Below are positions 1 to 12,330 of a DNA stretch of 64,000 bases, piece after piece. A program made the translations under genes and the position numbers. The stretch's first letter is position 1; every line of letters begins with the position of its first letter. A model generated the notes under the pieces. The model saw only the letters and a program-made list of their open reading frames with translations. It had not been told where the DNA came from and did no database searches. Source of the stretch: Lama glama (Eukaryota); contig CM052818.1 in NCBI GenBank assembly GCA_028534125.1, positions 43,030,001-43,094,000 of the forward strand, read 5' to 3'.

Positions 1-1269
1 GTTTGAGCCTTGGGCTGTTTTTTGCTATTAGATAAGAGAAATAAAATCTCATGTTTCTAAGCTCTAATGATGAACATATGCCATCAAGGTAGAGCTCTCA
101 GAAGAAAATCTATTTTTACCAGGGTATATTAACTCGGGGGATAAAAGTCAAATGCAAAACATGTGCCTACATCAATCATTCCAGAACTTCTCACTCCAAA
201 CATCTGCTAGTATGTGTCCTTTCCTTAAGGTACCTCTATGACAAAGTGGATTAGTGTGTGTGTAAACGCATTCAGGGAAGAGGCAAAAACTGCTGCCTCT
301 CTGCTTAGCTGGTCTCCAAATCATATGAGTTTCATCTTCTCTTGCCCTGAGCCCTCCTTGTACCTGCTGGGTGATTATAACCTGAAAACCCTGGGCCTTG
401 GGTCCTGGCGCTGGTGTCATACAGTAGAAACTGAAGCAGGAACTTCCCTGAGTTCTTTGTAGAAGGGAAATGCAGGATTCAAGGAAACCAGGTAGAGGTG
501 ACAGACAGGATTCTAGAAGACAGCTGGAACTCGGAGGTCTGGAAATAAAAGAAAGTCAAGGCCCAGGCAGACACAGAGGGTAGTGACTGGCCACATTTAA
601 CCGAGTCTCAGTTTCTAAGCTAGGAGAGGGAGGAGGTAGAGAGACAGTACTTCCTGCCAAAGGAAAGAGGAACGGAGATTCAAAGCAGCCCTTTCAAGAT
701 GGGGGCTCAGGCCCGGGGGAAAAGACAGATGTGGAATACGAGGACACAGATGTGGAGGCTGGGGCACAGGGAAGAGGCAGGAGGCCAGTTTCTGGCGGGC
801 AGGCCAGGGGACACAGCAAGTCTGCTGGTTGCAGAGTTTTCTTCAGTGCCACATGCAAATCTCTGAAATTGGCCCTCATTAAGAGTAGGACGTTGCCCTC
901 AGCCCAGAGGGACAAGGTTCAGAGAGTGAGCTCTCAGAGAAGAGCAGATAACCCCAGAAGTGGGTATTTGAAATGTTCCAGCGGCTGGGCATCAGGGAGA
1001 CATCCGAACTCCTCCTCTCCCTCTTAACTTCAGGAACACCTGTGTTCCGTCAGTACCTGCTCATCAGTATCAGGAAGAATGGAGGCCAATCAGACTCATT
1101 CACACCGTGGGGTAGGTAGCTGATAGCTTTTAGTCCTCCTGTGGTAAGGACTCTTCACAACTTCAGAGGAATTTTTCAGGACCCTTTGGGAAGCCAACTT
1201 ACACTGAAAATTATGGACCCTCAGTCAACGTGACAAAGATGGTGCCAAGGACTTCAGGGAGGGAAGGTG

Positions 1270-1881
1270 TGTTGCCGATAGACGTAGCTGGTGTCCAGGT
1301 TCTAGTCCCATCCCAGAAAGAATTCAGAGACAAGATGCAGAGGTTAGGAAAGTAAAGTGTGGATTTATTCAGGGATGGATAGTATACTTTCAAGGGGAGA
1401 GCGGACAGGCTCAGGTGAGCAGCTGCTCCGAGTTTCTTTGGCAAGTTGGTTACGTAGGGTGTAAAAATGAATGGACGGAATATTCATTGCAGAGGGAAGG
1501 GTTTGGGGACGTATTCCCTGATTTTTCATCCAACTCCACCTTCCCAAAGGGAGGAGGGATTTTTTTCAGTCTGAATGGGAAGTGTCATGGTGTTGGTGCA
1601 TGATGGGGACTTCTAGTCTGCAAGGCTAATTTTATTGAAATGAAGACACAATGAGCAAAAGGTTACATTCAGACACTGGAGATCCCTACCTTTTCCCATC
1701 TTTCTTTGTCAGCCTCCAGGATACTTGTCACCCCAGAAGTTGTGACTGCTTATCATCCCAGAGGGTCCTGGTTTTCTTTCTCTGCCCAAGGACCCCTGGT
1801 GCTTGTATGATGTATGGTTTCCTGCATTTGGTCCTTGTGCCCCTTTCTCTCCTCATAGCTGGCTATTTGCCTGCTCTAACA
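1270..1881 (-). mobile_element. ERV1-class solo LTR, MER41-related
   Basis: TGTT...AACA termini; flanks GGTG/GGTC (imperfect 4-bp TSD); minus strand has AATAAA near the 3' end and MER41-like blocks (CACCATGACA, ATGAATATTCC, GCAGCTGCTC). Confidence 0.8.
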
Positions 1882-2849
1882 GGTCTTTGAAATCTTACCA
1901 CTGAAATACTATGGATTTTTCTGAACTCCCCAGAAGCTGGAGAGTGGATGGTTAGCCTGATACTTACCTGTGTGTGTGTACAATTCATTTCCTCTTTAGT
2001 TTTTCAATGTTTTCCTCATTTGGAAATAAAGGGGCTTGTAGCATTGCTGTTGATGCCCTCGTGCATAACTTGAGAGCCAGATCGACTTCTGGTGGCCGGC
2101 GTCTGCGTCCTGGAGGGTGGCCTCAGACTGTGTGAATCCGCTCTGGCCCTGGCACCACACTCACAGGAAACTCCTGGGACTAAAATCTCTTTCACGGGGA
2201 TACTCTTAATCAAGGTGTGACTGGCTGTGGGTGTGAAGACCCCAACTCACTCTGGGTGGGCATAATGCTAAGTATGTGTCTTTACAACCATCAGAACCTC
2301 TCTGCTGGATGAAGCTGGTGGCGGTGGCTTAATAATGTTCCCGTTAGGTGTGTGCCTAAACCTTATCTCCCCAAATTAGACACATTCAGTCCTCGATTCT
2401 GCTCTTAAAATATGCCTAAGAGTGTGGAATCAATTATTTTTGCACTGTTTTGCTGAAAGGTTTTATATATTGATGTTTGAGTTCCTAAACTACTTTTAAT
2501 TCTATGTTTCAAAATTTTTAATAGAAAATTATGTCATTATGATTGAAAATTCAAGAATATCTTTACAGGTGGATTACAAAACCATTATTTGTCTTCTAAA
2601 ACTAGATAATTCCTGCCATGCAGAATGAAGAGTTTTGAAATAAATGAATAAAATGAATTTGAAACTTGAAAATGATATACCTTGATGTGACTACATCTTA
2701 TGACCTATCACGTGGCGTTCACCACAATCCAGTTTAACCAGCTCGTGTGAGATGGTGAAACAGAGGATTTGTGAGACACTCAGAAAGCCATCCAGGGGTG
2801 TCAAGGGTTCACAGTGAGAAGCTCTTCCTGTGAACAAGCTCAGATTTGG

Positions 2850-3770
2850 AAAATTTAAACCTACAGAGAGGTTAGAAAATAATACAATGATAATTACTTC
2901 GAAATAAGATAGATATATAAAAAGGCAATAGAATGAACACCCATATGCAGCCACTTAGATTCACCAATTGTTAAAAAAGTTTGCAGCATTTAATTTATCT
3001 TTCCATTTAGATAGAAATGAGATAGAAATAGATAGAAAGAAAGATAGGCAGACAGAGAGAGAGAGACAGACAGATACATTCAATGGTGCCATTTTTATTG
3101 TTATTGTTGAAACACTCACAGACATTTTGACATTTGTCCCCCTAAATACTCCAGCAAGTATCTCCCGCCATGCTGACAATGCACCTTTGCCAGAACTGAG
3201 AAAATGAGCAATCATCCTACAATATCATTTAATATGTAGTTCATCTTCACATTTCCCAAGTATCTCCTCGCTGATTTTTTTCCCCTTCAGTTCAGATTCC
3301 AGGCATTATATTATATCTCTTTTATTCTAGGACAGTCCCCCCAATTTTAATGCCTATTTTCCTTACACGGAATTTTTTTTTGAAGAGTCCAGACCAGTTG
3401 TCTTGTGGAGTATCCCACAGTCTGAATGCATCTGCTTGTTACATCAGGAATACACTCCGATGAGACAGTTTCGTCAAGAATACGTCATAAAGGAAGTTGT
3501 ACACCTGTTGCTCACACCAGGAGGCACCTGGATCAGGCAGTCTCGCTGTCCGTTCTGTTTAATTATTGGGTTAAGGTGAGATCTATCGGAAATTTGTCCA
3601 CAGCAAAGGCACATCCTTCTTTCTGCGGCAGTCAGTGGTCTATGGGTGACACTTGGAAACTGTATAATTATCCTGTTTCCCCCACAACGTTTCCTCCGGC
3701 GCTCTGGCTCTTATGCATTTACGTTATTGCCTCTCTGAGAGGCGCCTTCATTCTTATTAACTCAGTCTGA
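2850..3770 (-). mobile_element. Old L1 3' region (L1MC/ME type), fragmented
   Basis: Motifs typical of reversed L1MC 3' ends (ATGAACACCCATAT, GATTCACCAATTGTTAA, CCCCTAAATACT, TTTGAAGAGTCCAGACCAGTTGTCTTG); contains an internal GATA/GACA simple repeat. Confidence 0.6.
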
Positions 3771-4959
3771 TGACATCTGAATACCGCGTTAGCCATGCGT
3801 GGCACCCAGGACACACAGGACCCAGTCATGAAACGGTTCTCAGTATCCCCTCTCGGACCTTCCGGAGAGGGACGTCCCGTGAATATCATGTACTCCCTTC
3901 CTGCCTCTCATTAGGGCTGCCTCTCCATTCTCACATCGCCTTTACTTTTGAGTAACAGGGAACGCGAAGGTTAAGGTTTTCTTTAGGGTTTACAAACCCA
4001 GATGATACGAACACCAGCACTGATAACATCATCAGTTGGACAAGAGAGAAAAATGGATAAAGACTTCAAGGATCGTTTAGTTTACATAGTGGCCAGACCA
4101 TAGAGTCTTTGCTTAGGTACAACTGAATTCCGTCATCTTCTCCCTTAGCAGAAATAAGCCATGCATTTTACAGTCTCAGGGAAAAAAATAGGGAATAGCT
4201 TTGTGTTCCATCTGACTTGACACGTAAAGGCTGAATAAAGTTAACGGCAGTGTGTGTACAAGGGTGGATTTCTGGTGGGCTGGGGTTCACCACTCAGAAC
4301 TGGAATGCCCTGAATGTGTTTCTCTCCTCCCAACTTTGTTGTGGTCACTTAACATAGATCCCATGGTGGGACTTTCTGCACCACAAACCCTGCAAATGCT
4401 ACAAATTGAGATCTTTTCTTCTCCTGGAGAGCTGTTGTTACACATTTACCAGTGCATCACTGAATCCGGACCAACCTCTGCCCCGGTACAGACCAGAGAG
4501 GGAAAAAGGCCACACAGGAGTGTACTCTTAGAAGCTGATAACTCAAATGCAGGGCATTGTCTGGGAGGCATCTCTGGGTTCTGGTGGTGCCCCAACAGGC
4601 GGGTGTAAAACACTCACTCCCATGAGGAGGTGTGACAGGTACCATCGGAGTGGTCAGTCGGCAGGTACCCAGGTCCAAGGTGAGGATTCAAGGTTTGGTT
4701 CCTAAAGATATGGGTTTGGAGGGTAAATGGCAAAGAGAAGGGAGGCTTCAGGCTTGATGACAACAGGGGCTCTGATCTGGGCATCAAAGGGGTCTTCAGC
4801 ACAGAAAGTCAGTGAGAGATCTCGATAGTGGAACAACATTGCCATCTCTGGAGAACATTCTCTGAAGAAGTTCAGGTTTTGTTTCATCAGGCACCGTGAA
4901 CACCACTCCCCACTTCTGTAAAGTCGGCTTCATGGCCCCAGGAGACAGAGGCTGCCTTC

Positions 4960-5310
4960 TTTTTGTTTAAACAAATCACCTTGCTTTGTCCACGTGTTTC
5001 CCAGACTTTGAGTTCCTCTAGGGCACTGCCACTCCGCTTAGCGCCTTCTGCTTCCCCAGTGCCTGGCACAAAACACAGCACAGAGTCAATGCTGAGCAAG
5101 TACCTGTAGAATAAAGGTTGTTAAAAAATGATTTAGTCTCATTAGAGGGGCAGGGGCCCGGCAACCCTCTTCTTTTCCTGTCTGTCTTCTCTTTCCTGGA
5201 ATGTATGTTTCAGGGGAGCCAGACCCTCAGTTGCCTTGTTTACTGCTCCAGCCTCAGTGCTCAGACGATGGTCTGGCACGTGGTAGGTACTCAGCACAAA
5301 CTTGTGAAGC
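4960..5310. mobile_element. L2 3'-end fragments
   Basis: CCCAGTGCCTGGCACA and TCTGGCACGTGGTAGGTACTCAG resemble the L2 terminal motif. Confidence 0.5.
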
Positions 5311-5540
5311 GACCGATGACCAGCCCCAGGCCACAAGGGCAGAGCCGCAGCAGGTAGTCACGAGAGTGATACTGGTTTGGATGTGATGCACCAGAACTTC
5401 CTAAATCCTGTTTGTTTGAAGGCGGAGGTGGTTTCAGACCCTAGGGAGATACTGGGCATGTGGATGGAAACCAACAGCCCGTTACTGCATTTTAAAAATG
5501 TAGGCTCATTGGTCCAGTAACAAGGTTGATCTTATATTGT

Positions 5541-5729
5541 GTTAGTTTCCAAATCTGAGTGCGTGTTCGAATCTTCTGGAGTGGGATGTTAAAACACAAC
5601 TTGCTGGGCCCCAGCCACAGAGCTTCTAATTCAGTAAGTTGGGTAATCGTTTGTTTTGTTTTTCTCTTTCTTTTATTAAGTTCCCATGTGATGCCAATGC
5701 TACGAGGAAACACACTTTGAGAACCACTG
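5541..5729. mobile_element. MER5A-like hAT-Charlie MITE
   Basis: TTGCTGGGCCCC...TTCTAATTCAGTAAGTTGGG...AAGTTCCCATGTGATGCC...CACACTTTGAGAACCACTG matches the MER5 layout and terminus. Confidence 0.75.
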
Positions 5730-6654
5730 TGTTAGTGCAGCCAAGTGGAGGGTGGGGCGGCTGACAGTGTTTGCATATGATATTTTGGCCCAATTTATCA
5801 ACAGAAAATGACATTCTCTCTTTTTTCCCCTCCACTAAACTGTACGCCTTTCTGAAAGAAACTTCTCAGGATGCACCGAAACAGGTGCCCACCCTCCTTG
5901 ATAAGAATGTGAGAAACAGTCAGTCCCAAATGAAATGATGCATCTGCTGCGATAAACCAGCCTCCGAGGATAATCAGGTGCCGACAATTTCACAAACCTC
6001 CCATAAATTCTGACACAGCAGCCAAGAATCATTCTGCTTTCCTGACATTCTCGAAGTTTCACACTTTATGGCCTCCCCATAATAAGATCATCTTGCTTTG
6101 GAGTCATTTGTGTTGTAATTGCTTTAAAATTTCAAAGAGCTCTGAATTTCTACACCTCATTAAATTGGATTACATCAGGAAAGCTAGGGATTTTTTTTTA
6201 ACCAAGAAACCTTTCTTTGCTCCTTTGCCCAATCGTGTAGTTCCCTGTGGTCCTGGTTTCACTGCTGGACACTCCTGGACCCCCATCCGCAGACCTCAGG
6301 AACTTCAGACGATGCTTGCAGCTCCCCACCTGTGTCTGCTGTGTTCTCTCCTCCTTCCCATCAGGTTAAAAGAGCCCCGTGTCACCTGTGGGCTTGGGTC
6401 CGAAGTCCATCTCAGGATCGCTCAGGCCGGACTGATTGACTTCATTATTGTTCTCCAGACCCTTGGAAACAGGAAGCCAAGTGTTCTTCAGCCTCCTCAC
6501 CTCTGAAATATCAAGACAGGGTGACAGGAGAAGGATGGACAGAAAGGCTTTTTCTTCCTCTTCCTCAGTTCTATTATCAATTATTTTTCAACAAGCTAAT
6601 AATTTTTAACACTTACCGTGTGCCAGATCTATACGTACTGTTTAGATAACTACA

Positions 6655-7154
6655 NNNNNNNNNNNNNNNNNNNNNNNNNNNNNNNNNNNNNNNNNNNNNN
6701 NNNNNNNNNNNNNNNNNNNNNNNNNNNNNNNNNNNNNNNNNNNNNNNNNNNNNNNNNNNNNNNNNNNNNNNNNNNNNNNNNNNNNNNNNNNNNNNNNNNN
6801 NNNNNNNNNNNNNNNNNNNNNNNNNNNNNNNNNNNNNNNNNNNNNNNNNNNNNNNNNNNNNNNNNNNNNNNNNNNNNNNNNNNNNNNNNNNNNNNNNNNN
6901 NNNNNNNNNNNNNNNNNNNNNNNNNNNNNNNNNNNNNNNNNNNNNNNNNNNNNNNNNNNNNNNNNNNNNNNNNNNNNNNNNNNNNNNNNNNNNNNNNNNN
7001 NNNNNNNNNNNNNNNNNNNNNNNNNNNNNNNNNNNNNNNNNNNNNNNNNNNNNNNNNNNNNNNNNNNNNNNNNNNNNNNNNNNNNNNNNNNNNNNNNNNN
7101 NNNNNNNNNNNNNNNNNNNNNNNNNNNNNNNNNNNNNNNNNNNNNNNNNNNNNN
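6655..7154. other. Assembly gap (500 N)
   Basis: Run of exactly 500 N. Confidence 0.99.
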
Positions 7155-7544
7155 AAAAAGGGAGAAATGAGATCACATTTGGAGATAACAGGAAAGTTAC
7201 TGACCATACTGGAAAAGGCAGAAGATTTAGGATGTCCGCTGTATGTGTTGACTTGGTGAAAACTCAATCACAAATCTATGTATGACAATTCCGTTGAGAA
7301 CACGGGAAGTGCTAAATCCAGACCAATCACATTAAACATTTCTCAGGTAAGGCTCTAATGTTTCTAATGACTATACATTGAAATAACATTTTGTTACATT
7401 GGAATAAGCAAACTGTTATAAAAAATAACTTCAGTTGTTTTTTAATGCAGCAACTAGAAAAATGTAAAGTTTCCTTTGTGGCTGGTATTATATTTTTATT
7501 GGATAACATTGTTATACAAGGTATAGGACACTTCCATCAAAATA

Positions 7545-7690
7545 TGCTGTAGAGAGCATTGTACTACCCATTTTAAAGACAAGTAAACTGAGGCACAGAG
7601 TGGTTAAGCAACTTGCCAGTCATCCAGCTCCTATCTCTCCTTCTAAAGTGTTTTGACTCTAAGTCTCGTGAGGTCTTTTTTTCTAGCACG
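7545..7690. mobile_element. MIR SINE fragment
   Basis: CCCATTTTA...AAACTGAGGCACAGAGTGGTTAAGCAACTTGCC MIR core. Confidence 0.75.
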
Positions 7691-8369
7691 GTAGCTTCTC
7701 CTTTGCAGCAAATGCTTCCCTTCCCTTAATGGAATGTCCGTCTGAGTCCAGGCAGCAATGGTGCCACCTCCTTAAACTGGCAAGAACAGGGAGGGTAGAA
7801 AGAAGAGGTGAATTATCGCTTTTCCTGAAACAGTCTACTTCTCCACCTTAAGAAGAGACATGGCAACCAATTGCACAGTTAATGAGAGTAACACCACAGA
7901 AGTCTAAGAGGGAAACAGGCTTAAGCAACCTGAAACTGATCATAATGATGGCATTCCGAGCAAAGTGGTACCCACCATCTCAGCATCCCCTAGCTGCTGA
8001 TTTGATCCGGCATCTCTGGAATGGCCACCTTTACATTTATAGACAGGATGCCACCCTCTCTAGCTTGTCAGAAGCAAATTTGCATGTTGCTCTTCCCAGA
8101 CTTGAGGGGAACATGGTGCCTAAACCACTCCAGATGGTCACTGTGCACCTAGACCACACGGAAGATCTGGTTCAATTTACTATTTCAACAAATATCTGAG
8201 AGTTTACTTGTTCTGTTCAGCATCCCTTCTAGGCACAGTTCTGAAAAATAAACCAGCTTTCATGAAGAGAGGGGATGGACGAGCAATGGATCTCATGGAA
8301 TAATTAGTCAGTCCTCGCTTATTTACCTGATCTTTCTAAGTTTCTGTTTATTTGGCTCTAAATCAGGAA

Positions 8370-8470
8370 TAATTGCTCCATTTGCAGGATTGTCATGAAG
8401 AGCAAATGACATAATAAACCTAATTCACCAGATACCGTGGCTGGCACCATTAGGTGCTCAACTGATGATC
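8370..8470. mobile_element. MIR fragment
   Basis: GGATTGTCATGAAGAGCAAATGACATAATA...CTGGCACCATTAGGTGCTCAA. Confidence 0.55.
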
Positions 8471-11400
8471 TGATGATCTCTATATTTGAAAAGATTACCA
8501 ATGACGTGGGTCTGTGTGTGTCAATAGGGTGAAGAGTGACAAGGACAGAACAGAGCACATTCTTCTCATTCGTCTCGTCTCTTCTTACAGGAATTAGTTA
8601 ATCACTCAGGAATCTCACACAATTTCAGAATAGTACATTGAGGGCCTTCTCTTCCGTGCTGGAGATGCGGAGAGGTAGCAGGGAGAGTGATGAGATGGGA
8701 ATACCTGGGCTTTGCTCTCTCTCTGCCCTGTCTTGTACTCTTCATTTTTTCATCTATTAATGAACAGGACATGAATGGATGATTCTTAACATCTTGTTCA
8801 ACCGAACATTTCAGAAAGCTCAGATTTGTCCCCTATCCAGTAGAAATGTATATTCTAACATAGGCGGTTAAAAAAAATTAAACTACTAGCCAAGACAAAG
8901 GCTGCCAAAGGGAAGTGGTGTGAGGGAGGCAGAAACGAAGTAGCCCTGGGTATCAGGAGGAGGGGTGACCACTTTCACTGGGGAGATCTGGCTAGTTTCT
9001 TCAGGGATGCTAGCATCTGAAGTATGTTTGAAGGGTGGCCTGAATTTCCAACATGGAGCTGAGGGGGGAAAGAACACCAGGCTGAGGGACACGTGTGAGC
9101 AGTGGCGTGGGAGTACTAAAGGAAGATGGCAAGATTTCAGCAGGGACCAAAGCCGGGGTGAACTGCGGGATTTCATGCATGATGGGACTAGAAGCAATGA
9201 TTGTGGCTAGGTGGTGCATGGATGTGGTGCTGAGATTTAAGCCGATGGAGCAGGGAAAAAAAAGATGGGATAGAAGTGGATGCTTTGGGGCTTGGTCGTC
9301 AGTAATTCTGGGGGTGGTGAGCAGGTGGGTGGGTAAAAACCACCAAAAGGGGCTGACACTTTCAAGACCAGGAAGAATGTGATACCTGAAAGAAGACATC
9401 TGAGCAGGATTATTCCATCAAATCTTGAGACTCTGAATGAAATTTTTAATATCTTAAAGTGACTTCGGTTATGCCTGCACCTCCCCATTTTGTGTGCTGT
9501 CAAAACCCATGGGAGAAGTGGTGAAACCCACGCTGAGTCTCCTCTATCCCACACTGGGTTGGGATGAACCTGGTTCTGATGAGCCTAGGAGGCCTGGCCC
9601 AGCATGAGTCACCACGAGCTGACATCAGTGAGGTCTGCTTGGGCTCCTGGCCACACATGGTTAGAAGGCAGCACCTTCCATGGATGTGCACGCTGGGGCC
9701 CTGGCCGATCTCCGGAAGGCTGACTTTCTCCAAGCCCCGCCTTCCACAGCAGGACCTGGAGCGATCTCAGGGAAGAACATTGGCTGAAGGAGTACAAAGA
9801 ACTGATGAAGTATTCAGCCCCGCGTGTTGTGCCTTCTGAAATGGCAGTGCAAGAGGATCCCAGGGCTTTGCACGTCCCCCGAAGTGTCCGGGCTGGACCG
9901 GTGAAAGGGTGTGAGCCATGATAAGAGCTGTTCTTTGTCAGTTAGACACGTCCAGGCACAGACACCGGTCTCCACGGCACATGCCCCGAGGAAGCCTGCC
10001 TGAAGAGCTGGGCTGCGTCCGGAGGAGGGGGAAACGGGGCGCAGCGGGTACAGAGCACTGCCTGTGCCTCTATATGATGAGAATGGACCAGTAGCAGACA
10101 ACACTGTCATCCCTGGAGGAAGTATAGAGAAAGGACAGGTAGCTCACAGTTAAAAACAAAACAAAACTTGTTTCTGAGCTCAGGGCTTTCCTGTTTACTT
10201 GTGAAGGAAATCATTTAAACGTCCTGTCTTCTTTACAATACGGGTAATGCCATCTCTATTACCAGGTTGTTGTAAAAGACCCTGTATAAAGGGTCTGGCA
10301 CCTAATAGATTACAAGATGATGATAGCTTGGAAAAGCTGCTAGGTGGAAATTCCTTTGCTAAGTATGGTGAAAAAAGTAAAGAGAAAAATAAGATAAATA
10401 TTTGTGGAGGGTGGAAGGCATCCAATTTGTCTTTCTTTCGCTGTTTTTATAAGTGGAGACAATTTTCACCATCAAGTTACTTACTTTAGAGCAGTTCCTT
10501 AGCAGTTATTAAGCTTAAAATGCTTTCCTAATGGTTAAATAGTCAATACTCTGTTCTGTGGTCTTGCTAGCTGGGCACAGTTCAGGAGACAAGCCTGGAT
10601 CAGGTAAGTCCATTAAGAGACTGTAATCAGCGGCCTTTTCCTGGAAAAACACTGCGGGGCATTCATACGTGACAGATCTTTAGACTTCCTTGGGAGATTC
10701 TGGAACATTGTTAATGACAGCTGCGTGTAGCAGCGTGTGTCTGCTACTGTAACCGAGCGTCCGCCCCAGACCCCCGCTCTTACCCTCTGAAGGCTGCCGA
10801 TTGGGAATACGTGTGGCTCGTTTCTAGCCAAGGGCAGGGCGAGCTGGAAGTTCCAGAGAGTGGATGTCCCTGGAAAAAGGGACATCCCTCAGCCAATGTG
10901 GGACAGGGAGTTTATGCATTAAGCCTCTTGGATAATTCCGAACTGTGTTTTATACTGTCTTGTAGAATGCCCGAGCAACCGAATTGCTCCCAAAGGCTTG
11001 TCCCAGGATCTGTCCCCAAGAGGAACACACTCTGAGATATATGTTGGCTTCTCCCACCTAATTTGCACTGAAGAGGTTTGTAGTGTGAAGCCTGGAACCT
11101 AGATTTTGTTTTTTGTTTTTACTAAGTAAAGCAAGTATCTATCTGACTTGAAGGGATCCAGAGGGACAGGATCCAACTCTTCTAGCAAGTCCAGGTGATG
11201 ACATTGGTCACAACTGGCACCAGGATGCCCAGTTAAGAATGAGGAGCATAGCACTGGGAAAAAAAAAAAAAAAGAGGTTGAGACTAAAATCTGAAACTCA
11301 GGGGAAGAGGCACCCATTATCCTGATGACTTATAAATGGTACAAGTGTCCACGGTTACTAGGCTGGGGACCTAGAAGTACAGGGTGGGATCTTGGGGTAA

Positions 11401-11474
11401 CAGACAGAGCCATCAGGGGTAGGGCCATGCACCTACATGGCCCGAACTCCCCAGAAAAATTACAAGTGGAGATA

Positions 11475-11700
11475 ATAAGTTGCATTACTCAAGCCTGACA
11501 CTAAGCTTTTTGTGCACGTTGCTTCATTTAATTCTAACCAAGACAGTGGAGTAGGAATTATCATCTCCACTTTATAGGTTAAAAAAAAACCTAACTTTTT
11601 AAGGATTTAAATTACTTTCTCAAGGTCATCTTCCTGGAAAGTGGTGGATGGACTTGAGTGACACCCAGTTCTGACTGATATCCCAGTTCATAAGTTCATT
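11475..11700. mobile_element. MIR SINE
   Basis: TCATTTAATTCT...ATTATCATCTCCACTTTATAG...CTCAAGGTCA...AAGTGGTGG MIR pattern. Confidence 0.6.
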
Positions 11701-11979
11701 GGCCATAGTGTGACCTGGGGGCCACAGAGATCATACGATCTTTTATCATCGGACCTGTGTCTGTGCGGATGATTCACAAAGCTGGCTAAGGAATTAAAGA
11801 CCAAGTTTGGTCACAAAAGAGGTGATCATTTTTGGTTGTCAGAAGCCAGAGAAGATGTAAGAAGATGTTACACCATTCATAGTTGTGCATGCACTGATTC
11901 TTGGTGCTCAAATATTAGGGACAGTGGCCAAATTCACCCAAGAGTCTATTGATAGGGAACAAAATGTGGTTATTTTGTT

Positions 11980-12330
11980 CTAAGAATTTATGTTTTTATT
12001 GTGAAACATAATATACCAAAAAAAAAAGCCACATGCAGTAAAGATGTGTAGCTAATTAGAACTGTGAATGAGCATCCATGAGACCTCTATCCAGGTCAGA
12101 TCAGTGACTACCACCAACCCCGAGAGACCCACCGTTGCCCCTCAGGATGACGATTCCCTTCCTGCTTGCTGACCATATCTTCATCCTAACACCACGTTAT
12201 GGTACCTCACTGCTTTTCTTTTTTTAAAGTAATGAATACTTATTCATGCCAATAAAATCTAGCTTAATTTCTGCTTTTGAGCTTTATATAAACGCTGTAT
12301 ACAGACTCCCCTGGATTCTGTCTCATTGTG
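11980..12330 (-). mobile_element. Old L1 (L1ME type) 3' fragment
   Basis: TTTTTATTGTGAAACATAATAT...TGAATGAGCATCCATG...CCAGGTCA...TTTTGAGCTTTATATAAA. Confidence 0.55.

Noticed and set aside
1960..1975. U1 snRNA pseudogene
   Set aside because: Matches only the first 11 nt of U1 and then diverges into a TG repeat.
6613..7267. Longest ORFs (187-213 aa)
   Set aside because: Artefacts of translating through the 500-N gap; the same applies to the ORFs at 32997-33297.
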